IMG/VR virus record: IMGVR_UViG_3300013286_000010
Span: 19,093-83,092 of that record
Reading direction: 5' to 3' (one strand)
Source: a virus
Length of the DNA stretch: 64,000 bases
Position numbers and translations under genes: made by a program. Position 1 is the stretch's first letter. The number at the start of each line of letters is the position of its first letter. Below are positions 1-9,156 of this stretch, in pieces. The notes under the pieces are model-generated. The model saw only the letters and a program-made list of their open reading frames with translations. It was not told the DNA's origin and searched no databases.

Positions 1-494
1 TAGGGTGGCAACGGGCATATCCAGAATTATTAGATCAGCCTTGCATGACGAACTTAAAAGAAATTACTTTTGAGACAAACGGAACAATGCGTCTGACCAA
101 AGACTTTAGACAATATCTACTTAACTGGACATTGGGCAATAAGTCAAGAGGTCGAGATGCACTTACATTTTCCATCAGTACTAAACTGCCGTCGAGTGGT
201 GAAGCATGGGAAGATGCTATCAAGCCGGAAGTGGTATTAACATACGAAGATGTCGGACACGCATATCTCAAGTTTGTTGTAGCAACAGAACAAGATATCG
301 AAGATGCATTAAAGGCAACACAACAATATCGTGATGCTGGATTCAAAGGTAATGTCTACTTAATGCCGGTCGGCGGCGTTGAAAGTGTATACAGCGTTAA
401 TAACAAAACTGTTGCATTAGCTGCAATGAAACATGGTCTCCGTTATAGTGATCGTTTGCAGGTGCCGTTGTTTAAAAATGAGTGGGGAACTTAA
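1..494 (+). CDS. queE: 7-carboxy-7-deazaguanine synthase-like radical SAM protein, 5' truncated by window edge
   Basis: Frame is open from base 3 (GWQRAYPELL...). ITFETNGT motif, SISTKL, LKFVV, VYLMP and RLQVPLF tail are typical of QueE. Confidence 0.8.
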   Translation, partial: GWQRAYPELLDQPCMTNLKEITFETNGTMRLTKDFRQYLLNWTLGNKSRGRDALTFSISTKLPSSGEAWEDAIKPEVVLTYEDVGHAYLKFVVATEQDIEDALKATQQYRDAGFKGNVYLMPVGGVESVYSVNNKTVALAAMKHGLRYSDRLQVPLFKNEWGT

Positions 495-952
495 TGAAAA
501 ACTTTTTTAAAAAGATAACCGGACTAGCTGCTATAGAAGAAGCCAAAGTTAAGGCAATTGCAGAAGCAGAAAAGATTAAATCAGATGCCAAAGAAGCAGC
601 AGTTAAAGCAGTAAAAGTAGCCGAACAAGCAAAAGAAGAAGCTCGCATTGCCGCCCTATCTCCAAAAGAAGCAGCAACTGAAAAGAAAGAGCCATACATT
701 ATGGTTCTTAACACACATGTTAATATGGACAATGTGCGTAATGGATTCTTTGAGCTTGACTGGAACGAGTACTTTGTGTTACAGTTAAAGAGTGCTGGAT
801 ACACAGGCGAATCAGACGAGGCTGTTGTAGATCAATGGTTCAGCGAGCTTTGCCGAAATGTCGGCGCCGAAGAAGGCGTCAACATGGACCGTAGAGGCAG
901 TGGATTTATCAGCGTAAATAATTTAGGTAACGGAAAGTCAGAGGTTTCTTAA
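494..952 (+). CDS. Hypothetical protein with Ala/Lys/Glu-rich N-terminal coiled coil
   Basis: ORF track 482..952. ATG at 494 overlaps the queE stop (TAATG), so it is the likely start. Confidence 0.75.
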   Translation: MKNFFKKITGLAAIEEAKVKAIAEAEKIKSDAKEAAVKAVKVAEQAKEEARIAALSPKEAATEKKEPYIMVLNTHVNMDNVRNGFFELDWNEYFVLQLKSAGYTGESDEAVVDQWFSELCRNVGAEEGVNMDRRGSGFISVNNLGNGKSEVS

Positions 953-1944
953 TGTCAAAGACATATATTCTCGTAGATACTGCAAATACTTTCTTTCGGG
1001 CACGTCATGTTATTCGTGGTAGCTTGGAAGACAAAGTTGGTATGAGCTTACAAACAGTGTTTATGAGTGTGCGTAAGGCATGGCGTGAATTTAAAGGCGA
1101 TCATGTTATCTTCTTTTTGGAGGGGCGTAGCTGGCGCAAAGATTACTATGCTCCTTACAAGCGCCAACGCACAGAAGCTCGTGCGGCACAGAGTCCTCGA
1201 GAAGCGGAAGAAGATCGTGTATTTTGGGAAACGTTTGATCAGTTTAAAGAGTTTATCACTGCAAAGACCAATGCCACAGTATTGCAACATCCACAATTAG
1301 AAGCTGATGATTTGATTGCAGGTTGGATACAAAGTCATCCAGAAGACAGCCATGTTATTATCTCAACAGATGGCGACTTCGCACAATTGATTGCACCTAA
1401 TGTGAAACAATACAATGGTGTAATGCAGATTACAACAACACATCTAGGATACTTTGATGAAAAAGGTAAGTATGTCGTTGATAAGAAAACTGGATTGCCA
1501 AAAGGGCCGCCGGAGCCTGAATGGCTACTATTCGAAAAGTGTATGCGTGGCGACACCTCCGACAACATCTTTAGTGCATATCCGGGAGTACGTGAGAAAG
1601 GGACAAAGAATAAAGTTGGTCTCCGTGATGCGTTTGCCGATAGAGCGTCCAAAGGATATTCTTGGAACAACATGATGTTGCAACGTTGGACCGACCACGA
1701 AGGTGTCGAACATCGTGTGCTGGATGATTACTTCCGCAATGTAAAACTCTGTGATCTAACTGCTCAACCAGCCGATATTCGTACACTTATCAACGAAACA
1801 ATCGAAAGTGCAACTACAGCCGATAAGAATATTTCACAAGTTGGTATCCGTTTGTTAAAACTTTGTTCAGAATTTGACCTAGTAAAGATTAGCGAACAGA
1901 TACAGAGCTACGCAGAACCGCTTAACGCAAGGTATATTAAATGA
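952..1944 (+). CDS. rnh: T4-type RNase H / 5'-3' flap exonuclease
   Basis: Acidic active-site motifs YILVD..N, EADDLIA, IISTDGDFAQL and GDTSDNI. Confidence 0.9.
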   Translation: MSKTYILVDTANTFFRARHVIRGSLEDKVGMSLQTVFMSVRKAWREFKGDHVIFFLEGRSWRKDYYAPYKRQRTEARAAQSPREAEEDRVFWETFDQFKEFITAKTNATVLQHPQLEADDLIAGWIQSHPEDSHVIISTDGDFAQLIAPNVKQYNGVMQITTTHLGYFDEKGKYVVDKKTGLPKGPPEPEWLLFEKCMRGDTSDNIFSAYPGVREKGTKNKVGLRDAFADRASKGYSWNNMMLQRWTDHEGVEHRVLDDYFRNVKLCDLTAQPADIRTLINETIESATTADKNISQVGIRLLKLCSEFDLVKISEQIQSYAEPLNARYIK

Positions 1945-2423
1945 TCTCAACAGCCAAGGTATTGATTCCAAATAAAGAATGGTTGGTCCGCGACGAAAGT
2001 CGTAAAATTGGTAGCATTGCCAAAGGTAAACAAGGCTATAGTTTCTTACATAAAGGAAATCAAATAGATTTTAAAAATCTAGCAGATATCAAAGCTCAAT
2101 TTGGTATTGCGATATTTGAAGAAGGTATTAAGAAGGTTAAAAAAGATACCGCAGAAGGTAAGAACTACTATATCTATGACTTTCCTTGCAGTAGCAAACC
2201 CTACGAATCTGTTTATAGCGTTAAAAAGAAACTGCCGTTGTATGCCAAAAGTGCCAAAAGTAAAAGTCAATATTGTGCAGGACATTACATTATACAATTC
2301 CGTAAAGGTTGGGTAAAAAGTTTCTGTCCAAAATTGATTACATTAGAACGATATCCTTATCAAGGACCGTTTAAAACAGAAACAGAAATGAAAACTGCAT
2401 TAAATAATGTGAATAAATTATGA
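1941..2423 (+). CDS. Hypothetical protein
   Basis: 160-aa ORF with ATGA overlap to rnh. Confidence 0.75.
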   Translation: MISTAKVLIPNKEWLVRDESRKIGSIAKGKQGYSFLHKGNQIDFKNLADIKAQFGIAIFEEGIKKVKKDTAEGKNYYIYDFPCSSKPYESVYSVKKKLPLYAKSAKSKSQYCAGHYIIQFRKGWVKSFCPKLITLERYPYQGPFKTETEMKTALNNVNKL

Positions 2424-2641
2424 AACAACTTAACACATTACCAATTGAAGACTTTCTAGACAAGACCCGTATTGCAATTAAGTCAAATCAAAAGAATCTT
2501 ACACTAACTATCAAAGAAGCTACCGATCTTCAAAATAGTTTGAGTGTGGTTATGACTAGATTAGCAGGGGAGCTGGATCAAATGGCTGCAACTGCACAAC
2601 CTAGCACTGTAGAAATTAAGATGGATGGTGGCACATTCTAA
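2420..2641 (+). CDS. Hypothetical protein
   Basis: 73-aa ORF with ATGA overlap. Confidence 0.7.
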   Translation: MKQLNTLPIEDFLDKTRIAIKSNQKNLTLTIKEATDLQNSLSVVMTRLAGELDQMAATAQPSTVEIKMDGGTF

Positions 2642-2651
2642 TTAAACCTGC

Positions 2652-2657
2652 TAAATA
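2652..2657 (+). promoter_or_regulatory. Candidate late promoter (TAAATA)
   Basis: Intergenic TAAATA upstream of the GGAG RBS and ATG 2686. Confidence 0.45.
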
Positions 2658-2685
2658 TATACGCACTTTTCGGAGAGATGTATAT

Positions 2686-2985
2686 ATGAGTAGGCCAAAA
2701 CCCAAAGTCTTATTAGAGGTAACTAGTAAAAAGACTTATAAAACAGAACAAGTTCTAGAAGCTGATGCTATCTGGGCAGTATTCTATCAGGATAAACCTA
2801 TCAATCTGAAAACAAGTAGTCTTGTAGCACAGCAATTAGGTCCAAAATATAAGAAAGTTAGTTTCTCAAATAGCGGACATGCAATTAATCTTGCCGAAAA
2901 GCTCAATAAGCAATTCAATACTACAGAATTTGCTGTTTTTAAATTGGTAACTGGAGATAAGTTAACCAATGAATCAAAAGACTGA
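2686..2985 (+). CDS. Hypothetical protein
   Basis: 99-aa ORF with GGAG Shine-Dalgarno. Confidence 0.75.
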   Translation: MSRPKPKVLLEVTSKKTYKTEQVLEADAIWAVFYQDKPINLKTSSLVAQQLGPKYKKVSFSNSGHAINLAEKLNKQFNTTEFAVFKLVTGDKLTNESKD

Positions 2986-3346
2986 CATAACCAAATACGT
3001 AGCAGAGCAATCTAATCTTTCTACGGACGACAAATCCATTAGAAAACTTATTTCCCAATGGTGGATCAATCCTCGCCAAAAGGTCAAGGGCGGGTTGAGA
3101 CTATCCGACGATGGGTTTGCCAGACTAACTACTCAATTCAAATCCTATAAAGTTAAGTTTGATGAGCCCGTAGACTACACGAATCAACTGATTATCCGTT
3201 TGGATAACTTCATAGACTGTCCTTGGTATCTTACCAAAAAGGAAATTTATGTTTTTAACGACAAAATGGCTGTGCAATTAGTGTTGTTTTCTGGTAACAT
3301 TGCAAAATTTAGCACTGCAAAGGCAAAAAGTCTAAAATCTGCTTGA
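2969..3346 (+). CDS. Hypothetical protein
   Basis: 125-aa ORF with GGAG upstream. Confidence 0.7.
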   Translation: MNQKTDITKYVAEQSNLSTDDKSIRKLISQWWINPRQKVKGGLRLSDDGFARLTTQFKSYKVKFDEPVDYTNQLIIRLDNFIDCPWYLTKKEIYVFNDKMAVQLVLFSGNIAKFSTAKAKSLKSA

Positions 3347-3371
3347 CATAGACACTGTTTCCGTGTATAAT
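3343..3371 (+). promoter_or_regulatory. Consensus sigma70 (early) promoter
   Basis: TTGACA (3343-3348), 17-bp spacer, TATAAT (3366-3371): a perfect consensus upstream of the AAA ATPase. Confidence 0.9.
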
Positions 3372-3433
3372 TAATACATACTGAAGCACAAGGCAGTCAG
3401 TATTTAAATTAACCCAAACACTGAAAGTTTAAA

Positions 3434-4513
3434 ATGGCAGAACAAATTAGTTCAAACCGCACAGTTACACCCAACGAAGCTAAACGCTCAATTCGTAAGT
3501 GTGTTAAAATCCAGCGTCCTATCTTTATGTGGGGCCCTCCCGGTATCGGTAAGTCCGATATCGTTAAACAAATCGGCGATGAACAAGGTCGTGAAGTTAT
3601 CGACGTTCGCCTGTCACTGTGGGAACCCACTGACATTAAAGGTATTCCATATTACAATAGTACCGAAAACACAATGACATGGGCTCCTCCTGCTGAATTG
3701 CCCACAGATCCAGAGTCTACTGCTATCTTGTTCTTGGATGAGTTGAACTCTGCGGCTCCTGCTACACAGGCAGCGGCTTTTCAATTGGTGTTAAACCGTA
3801 AAGTTGGCACATATTCATTGCCAAAGGGTGTTTCAATTGTTGCCGCAGGTAACCGTGAAACTGACAAGGGTGTTACTTATCGTATGCCTGCTCCGCTGGC
3901 TAACCGTTTTGTTCACTTGGAACTGAAAACTGACTACGAAGATTGGTTGCAGTGGGCTACTAATAACCATGTGCATGAGCAGGTTGTAGGTTATGTTGGC
4001 TTTGCCAAACAAGACTTGTACGATTTTGATCCAAAGTCTAGCTCACGTGCATTTGCTACTCCGCGTAGCTGGTCTTTCGTTAGCGAATTGTTGTCAGACG
4101 ACGACTTGGATGAAGGCACATTGACTGACTTGGTGTCAGGTGCAGTTGGCGAAGGCTTGGCATGTAAGTTTATGGCACACCGTAAAGTGGCAAAACAAAT
4201 GCCTAAACCCGAAGACATCCTGTCTGGCAAGGTTAAGAAGTCCGATATCAAAGAGATCTCTGCAATGTATTCTTTGACTGTGTCACTATGCTACGAACTT
4301 CAAGGCGCTGACCAGAAGAAAGTTAAAGGTTGGGATGCTATGGCAGACAACTTCTTTGGCTTTATGATGGATAATTTCCCAACTGAATTGGTTGTTATGG
4401 GTGCAAAGGTTGCGTTGACTAACTATCAACTGCCATTTGATGCTAGTAAGATGCAGAACTTTGATCGGTTCCATGCAAAATACGGCAAGTACATTATCCA
4501 AGCAATGGAATAA
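3434..4513 (+). CDS. MoxR-type AAA+ ATPase
   Basis: Walker A GPPGIGKS, Walker B LFLDE, sensor AAGN, arginine finger LANRF, ATPRSW. Confidence 0.9.
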   Translation: MAEQISSNRTVTPNEAKRSIRKCVKIQRPIFMWGPPGIGKSDIVKQIGDEQGREVIDVRLSLWEPTDIKGIPYYNSTENTMTWAPPAELPTDPESTAILFLDELNSAAPATQAAAFQLVLNRKVGTYSLPKGVSIVAAGNRETDKGVTYRMPAPLANRFVHLELKTDYEDWLQWATNNHVHEQVVGYVGFAKQDLYDFDPKSSSRAFATPRSWSFVSELLSDDDLDEGTLTDLVSGAVGEGLACKFMAHRKVAKQMPKPEDILSGKVKKSDIKEISAMYSLTVSLCYELQGADQKKVKGWDAMADNFFGFMMDNFPTELVVMGAKVALTNYQLPFDASKMQNFDRFHAKYGKYIIQAME

Positions 4514-4517
4514 AACT

Positions 4518-4537
4518 GGCCCGCAAGGGCCTTTTTT
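4518..4537 (+). terminator. Intrinsic terminator
   Basis: GGCCC-GCAA-GGGCC followed by T6. Confidence 0.8.
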
Positions 4538-4539
4538 AC

Positions 4540-4568
4540 TCGCATTTTTTCTAATTTGAATGTATAAT
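4540..4568 (+). promoter_or_regulatory. Candidate sigma70 promoter
   Basis: TATAAT at 4563-4568 with a weak -35 (TCGCAT) at 17-bp spacing. Confidence 0.5.
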
Positions 4569-4596
4569 TGTATATATACACTAGTAAAGGACCGAT

Positions 4597-5853
4597 ATGT
4601 CAAGCGTAATGAAAACTGAAAAAGTTAAAAAGCCCGTAGCTACCAAAGAGTATACGCAGGCAGAAAAGAATAAAATTGTTGAGAAGCTGGTCACAGCCCG
4701 TATTGGCCTGTTGTTGCGCCATCCGTTTTTTGGCAATTTGGCAACACGCATGAAGTTAATTGATGCATCAGACTGGTGTGCTACACTGGCTACAGATGGT
4801 CGTAACTTCTATTACAATAACGACTTTGTCAACAAACTCAAACCCAAAGAGGCAGAGTTTGGATTTGCACACGAAGTTCTCCATAATGTGTTTGACCATA
4901 TGGGCCGTCGTGATCACCGTGATCCCACATTGTCAAACATTGCCGCTGACTATGCCGCCAATCAAATTCTTAAAGATGAGCGCATTGGTGAAGTGCCTAC
5001 ATTCATTAAGATTTTCCAAGATAACAAATATCGTGGCATGAGCTATGAACAGATCTATGATGACCTGTATGAAAAGGCTGACAAGATTGACATCGGTTCT
5101 TTAGGCGAGCTGTTAGACGAGCACTTGGATGGTGATGACGAAAGTGACGGCGGCGGTGAGGACGGTGATCAAGAAGGTAAGGGCAAACGTCCAAAACTCA
5201 CTGCTGAAGAAAAGAAAGCTATCCGCGATGAGATCAAGGAAGCTATGGTAGCGGCTGCACAGGCAGCAGGTGCTGGGAAAGTGCCTGCAGGTATCCAGCG
5301 CATGATTAGTTCATTCACTGAACCTAAAATGGACTGGCGTCAAATGTTGCGTATGAATATCCAAAGTATTCTTAAGAGCAACTTCAGCTTCAGCCGCCCT
5401 AACCGCAAGTCACAACACTGTGGCGCTATCTTGCCAGGCATGATGAACGAAGAAACTATCGATGTGTCCGTAGCAATTGACATGTCTGGTTCTATTAGTG
5501 ACTCAATGGCAATGGACTTCTTGAGTGAAGTCAAGGGCATTATGGATGAATATCAAGACTTTAAATTAGATCTGTGGACATTCGATACCCGTGTGTATGG
5601 CTATCAACGTTTTACTGGTGATACTGCTGATGAGATCTTGTCCTACAAGTGCCAAGGGGGTGGTGGAACTGACTTCGATGTTAACTACGATTTTATGAAA
5701 GAGGAAGGCATCGAGCCCAAGCGTTTCATTATGTTTACAGATGGCTACCCTTGCGGCAGTTGGGGTGATGAGAACTATTGTGAAAGTCTGTTTATTATCC
5801 ACGGTAATGACAGCATCGTTTCTCCATTCGGTCAGACTGCGCATTATAAATAA
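4597..5853 (+). CDS. Zincin-like metallopeptidase plus vWA domain protein (DUF2201-like), probable MoxR partner
   Basis: HEVLH motif, acidic linker, MIDAS DMSGS, GGGGTDF and MFTDG. Confidence 0.85.
   Translation: MSSVMKTEKVKKPVATKEYTQAEKNKIVEKLVTARIGLLLRHPFFGNLATRMKLIDASDWCATLATDGRNFYYNNDFVNKLKPKEAEFGFAHEVLHNVFDHMGRRDHRDPTLSNIAADYAANQILKDERIGEVPTFIKIFQDNKYRGMSYEQIYDDLYEKADKIDIGSLGELLDEHLDGDDESDGGGEDGDQEGKGKRPKLTAEEKKAIRDEIKEAMVAAAQAAGAGKVPAGIQRMISSFTEPKMDWRQMLRMNIQSILKSNFSFSRPNRKSQHCGAILPGMMNEETIDVSVAIDMSGSISDSMAMDFLSEVKGIMDEYQDFKLDLWTFDTRVYGYQRFTGDTADEILSYKCQGGGGTDFDVNYDFMKEEGIEPKRFIMFTDGYPCGSWGDENYCESLFIIHGNDSIVSPFGQTAHYK
5845..5852 (+). promoter_or_regulatory. T4-type late promoter TATAAATA
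   Basis: Exact T4 late consensus upstream of ATG 5865. Confidence 0.6.
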
Positions 5854-5864
5854 GTAGGTAGTTA

Positions 5865-6161
5865 ATGCCATTAAGCAGAGGTGAGATTAACCCATTAGGT
5901 GTTCTGAAGTTAAGGAAACTTTCCTTTATTCCAGAACACTTTGGTAAAATATCAGTAGATCAATACGTTGATATCAAACTTATTGACCACTGGATTAGCT
6001 ACAACTTAAATAGTAGGTATGCAATAAAGAAGAAGATAACATTAGACCCTAATAAAAAAATGGTTGACGTTATTGAAATAGGCATGGAGGATCCTCGGGA
6101 GATTACTATGTTGACTTTAGGATGTCCCTACTTACATAAAACATTAAAGGATAAATTTTAA
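5865..6161 (+). CDS. Hypothetical protein
   Basis: 98-aa ORF in operon context. Confidence 0.7.
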   Translation: MPLSRGEINPLGVLKLRKLSFIPEHFGKISVDQYVDIKLIDHWISYNLNSRYAIKKKITLDPNKKMVDVIEIGMEDPREITMLTLGCPYLHKTLKDKF

Positions 6162-6162
6162 A

Positions 6163-6405
6163 ATGGAAAATCAAGAACAAACTCAAATGCCAACTGAAGA
6201 AGGCGTAGCACCCCAGGCTCCTCAACCAGAGTTGAGCATCAATGATCTTCAAAATCTACGCGGCATTATCAATGTAGCAGTTAAGCGTGGCGCATTTGAA
6301 GCCGCAGAATTAACTCCAGTCGGTGCTGTATATGATCGATTGAACGCATTTTTAAATGCAGTAACACCAGCACAACCTGCACCAGACCAGGCTCCAGCAG
6401 CCTAA
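6163..6405 (+). CDS. Hypothetical protein
   Basis: 80-aa ORF with AAGGA RBS. Confidence 0.75.
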   Translation: MENQEQTQMPTEEGVAPQAPQPELSINDLQNLRGIINVAVKRGAFEAAELTPVGAVYDRLNAFLNAVTPAQPAPDQAPAA

Positions 6406-6417
6406 TAGGAGAATCAC

Positions 6418-7029
6418 ATGAAACATGTGGGAAAAATGAAAAACAATGGAGCCAAGGTAGTTGTTGCATATCGCACACTGCCCGGAGATCCACATAGTGC
6501 CCTAGTCGTAGGCACTAATAATCTAGGCGATACTTATCATGATTCATTGATGAGCACCGTTCAAGACAATAGTGCCCAACAGGCAAACGAACTTGCAGAC
6601 ATTTTAGCTGTTCGTCGTTTCCCCGATGGTAGCAATATGCTGGAATGGTTGCACAGGCGTGGCAATCTTAAGAAAGTTCCCACTGACGGCGTGTTGATGA
6701 CTCCTACTCCGCAAACAAGCATTTCGTTAGATGAATTGAATGTATTGATTGCAGAACAAAAGGGTATTACTCTAGATGAGTTAGCTGTCACTGATGGCAA
6801 CACTCCTAATCCAAAGAGTAAAAAATCCGATCCAACTAAAACTACCAGCGCCAGCGTAAATGGTGAGGATGAGATTGTCGTAGTCGAAACTGCTGAAGAA
6901 GATATGACTCCTGCTCAACTACGTAGCAAGGCCGATGCATTGTTCAAGCAGGCCCAAGTCTTGCGTAAGCAGGCAGACGCTATTGATCCTCCAAAGAGCA
7001 AGAAAAAAGCCTCTGTAGAAGTTGAATGA
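6418..7029 (+). CDS. Hypothetical protein
   Basis: 203-aa ORF with AGGAG RBS. Confidence 0.8.
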   Translation: MKHVGKMKNNGAKVVVAYRTLPGDPHSALVVGTNNLGDTYHDSLMSTVQDNSAQQANELADILAVRRFPDGSNMLEWLHRRGNLKKVPTDGVLMTPTPQTSISLDELNVLIAEQKGITLDELAVTDGNTPNPKSKKSDPTKTTSASVNGEDEIVVVETAEEDMTPAQLRSKADALFKQAQVLRKQADAIDPPKSKKKASVEVE

Positions 7030-7910
7030 GCCAATCTGAAGTAGCATACCTAAACGCACTGCGAGACATTTTGGATCACGGTGAGGATCGTCCTGATCGT
7101 ACAGGAACTGGTACTCGCAGTATCTTTGGTCTCCAGATGCGTTTTGAGTTGACCGAAGGCTTTCCTGCTATCACTACAAAGAAGTTGGCATGGAAGGCGT
7201 GTGTTAGTGAACTAATTTGGTTTATTGAAGGCAGCGGTGACGAATATCGTTTGAGAGAAATCCTACACGGTGATCGTTATAGCGACAAGAAAACTATTTG
7301 GACTGACAATGCACAATCTGACTATTGGGTCAAGCAACGTCTCCAACGTCATCCAGGTGACCTAGGTCGTGTCTATGGTGTTCAATGGCGCAGATGGCGC
7401 AAGCCTTTGATCCGTGTTAACAAGGTTGTGCTACAAAATCACGATCAGTTAATTGAATTGATCAACGGCATTAAAGATGATCCATACAGTCGCAGGCACA
7501 TTATCAGTGCATGGAATCCTGGAGAATTGGACCTAATGGCACTTCCGCCTTGTCATATGATGGCACAGTTCTATGTCAGCAATGGTAAGTTGAGCTGCCA
7601 AATGTATCAACGTAGTGCTGACATGTTCTTGGGAATGCCCTTTAACATTGCATCATATGCATTGTTCACTCATATGATTGCACAAGTATGTAATTTAGAA
7701 GTAGGCGATTTGATTATCAGTGTAGGTGATGCTCATATCTATGACAATCACTTTGATCAGGTCAAAGAACAATTGGCTCGTAAGCCGTTTCCATTACCAA
7801 CATTAAAATTGAATCCAGATATTTCTGTTATTACAGAATTTGATATGAATGATATTAATCTAGACGGTTATGAAAGCCACGAAGCTATTAAGGCTCCAAT
7901 GGCTGTTTAA
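7026..7910 (+). CDS. thyA: Thymidylate synthase
   Basis: DRTGTGT, catalytic LPPCH, YQRSAD, PFNIASY and GDAHIY motifs. Confidence 0.97.
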   Translation: MSQSEVAYLNALRDILDHGEDRPDRTGTGTRSIFGLQMRFELTEGFPAITTKKLAWKACVSELIWFIEGSGDEYRLREILHGDRYSDKKTIWTDNAQSDYWVKQRLQRHPGDLGRVYGVQWRRWRKPLIRVNKVVLQNHDQLIELINGIKDDPYSRRHIISAWNPGELDLMALPPCHMMAQFYVSNGKLSCQMYQRSADMFLGMPFNIASYALFTHMIAQVCNLEVGDLIISVGDAHIYDNHFDQVKEQLARKPFPLPTLKLNPDISVITEFDMNDINLDGYESHEAIKAPMAV

Positions 7911-9142
7911 ACTACTAATACTTCAATAACTCCGACAGGCCCTTGGAAATCTTCAAGGGCCTTTCCTATTACAGCGTTAGAACTATCTGTAGGTAGTTTA
8001 GCACAAGCATGTCCTAGACGGGCACTAGTTACTAGAAGATCACCCTTTTTAATACTGCCTATAATTTTGCACGGAACACGGCCTTTTAAGGCAATATAGG
8101 GGTGAGTTTCGTCGGTTCCGGCGTCGGAATTCATCATATAGGCTGGATTTTTAGATACTATGCCTGCGACTGCGGTACTGGCACGTTCTTCACATGCTGT
8201 TACTTCTTTATCTCCACCTATTACAACTACAGTTCCGGATTCGTATAGCATATCGGCAGCATAGCGCTCTGCCAAATCAGCATAACGAGCTGCACTAGCA
8301 ACAGTTGATAATACGTTTGTAGATGGATTATATGTTATGCCTGCATCAGTTTTTAAAGGTTGATCGCCAGTTGCTCCGGGTGCAAATGGTACATAAAATG
8401 TAGCATCAGACGACGAAGCGGAAAGTGTAACATTAGTTGCAGTAGTTGCCCTTTGAGCATTGGCAGCACTAACTGTAGTCAACGATTCGGCTGCTGTTCC
8501 CCAAAAATAGTAACCAGCATCTTTAGTAGATCCAGATGCATTAGCTCCTGGTAAGGTTATACCGCGTTTAACATTTATAAAATTTTCAGAAAGATCAGAT
8601 GTTGCTACTGGAACAAAATCAGTATCTCCATAATTAGAAATTACAGCAACAGGTGCTGATCCAATTTTAGCTTTAAGTAATGTACTAAAAGAATCGAGAC
8701 CACCCTGACGTGTTTCATCAACTGCGGTCCATGCCGCTTTAGATGCTGCCGGTGATACAGGTCCAATTAATACAAAGTTGTTGCCGTCAAATCCTTTTAA
8801 TTGTTTGTTAGAAGAATCCCACCACAGGTCCCCTGCCCTGACTCCAGATGTAGGTTGCAATGCCTGTATTTGTAAATTAGCAATGCCTTTGAAAGACTTT
8901 CCATTGTAAGATACATTAAGTTGTTGTGTAGTGTTATTAAACCAAAGTTGACCTTGTATAGGTTTAGATGGTGCTGTTGTATTTGAAAAATTTTCTAAAA
9001 GTTTTAGAAGGTTTTCGTTAACTATCTCTCCGTATCCGGAATAGTTTCTTCCAACAAATGTTAAGTTAGTAGTAATGTCCGTTGCAGCATCGTTTACTGT
9101 AGTAAGAACACTTCCGTTGGTTTTGTTTAAAATATATGGCAT
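7907..9142 (-). CDS. Tail fibre / baseplate-attached protein with C-terminal intramolecular-chaperone (peptidase G2 IMC-like) domain
   Basis: Shared N-terminal GRNY.GYGE..NEN..LLENF domain. C-terminus has YADLAERY...GIVS.NP...ALKGRVPCK...KGDLLVTS...GKALE. Confidence 0.75.
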   Translation of the reverse strand: MPYILNKTNGSVLTTVNDAATDITTNLTFVGRNYSGYGEIVNENLLKLLENFSNTTAPSKPIQGQLWFNNTTQQLNVSYNGKSFKGIANLQIQALQPTSGVRAGDLWWDSSNKQLKGFDGNNFVLIGPVSPAASKAAWTAVDETRQGGLDSFSTLLKAKIGSAPVAVISNYGDTDFVPVATSDLSENFINVKRGITLPGANASGSTKDAGYYFWGTAAESLTTVSAANAQRATTATNVTLSASSSDATFYVPFAPGATGDQPLKTDAGITYNPSTNVLSTVASAARYADLAERYAADMLYESGTVVVIGGDKEVTACEERASTAVAGIVSKNPAYMMNSDAGTDETHPYIALKGRVPCKIIGSIKKGDLLVTSARLGHACAKLPTDSSNAVIGKALEDFQGPVGVIEVLVV

Positions 9143-9156
9143 AGTTTATTTTCAAT

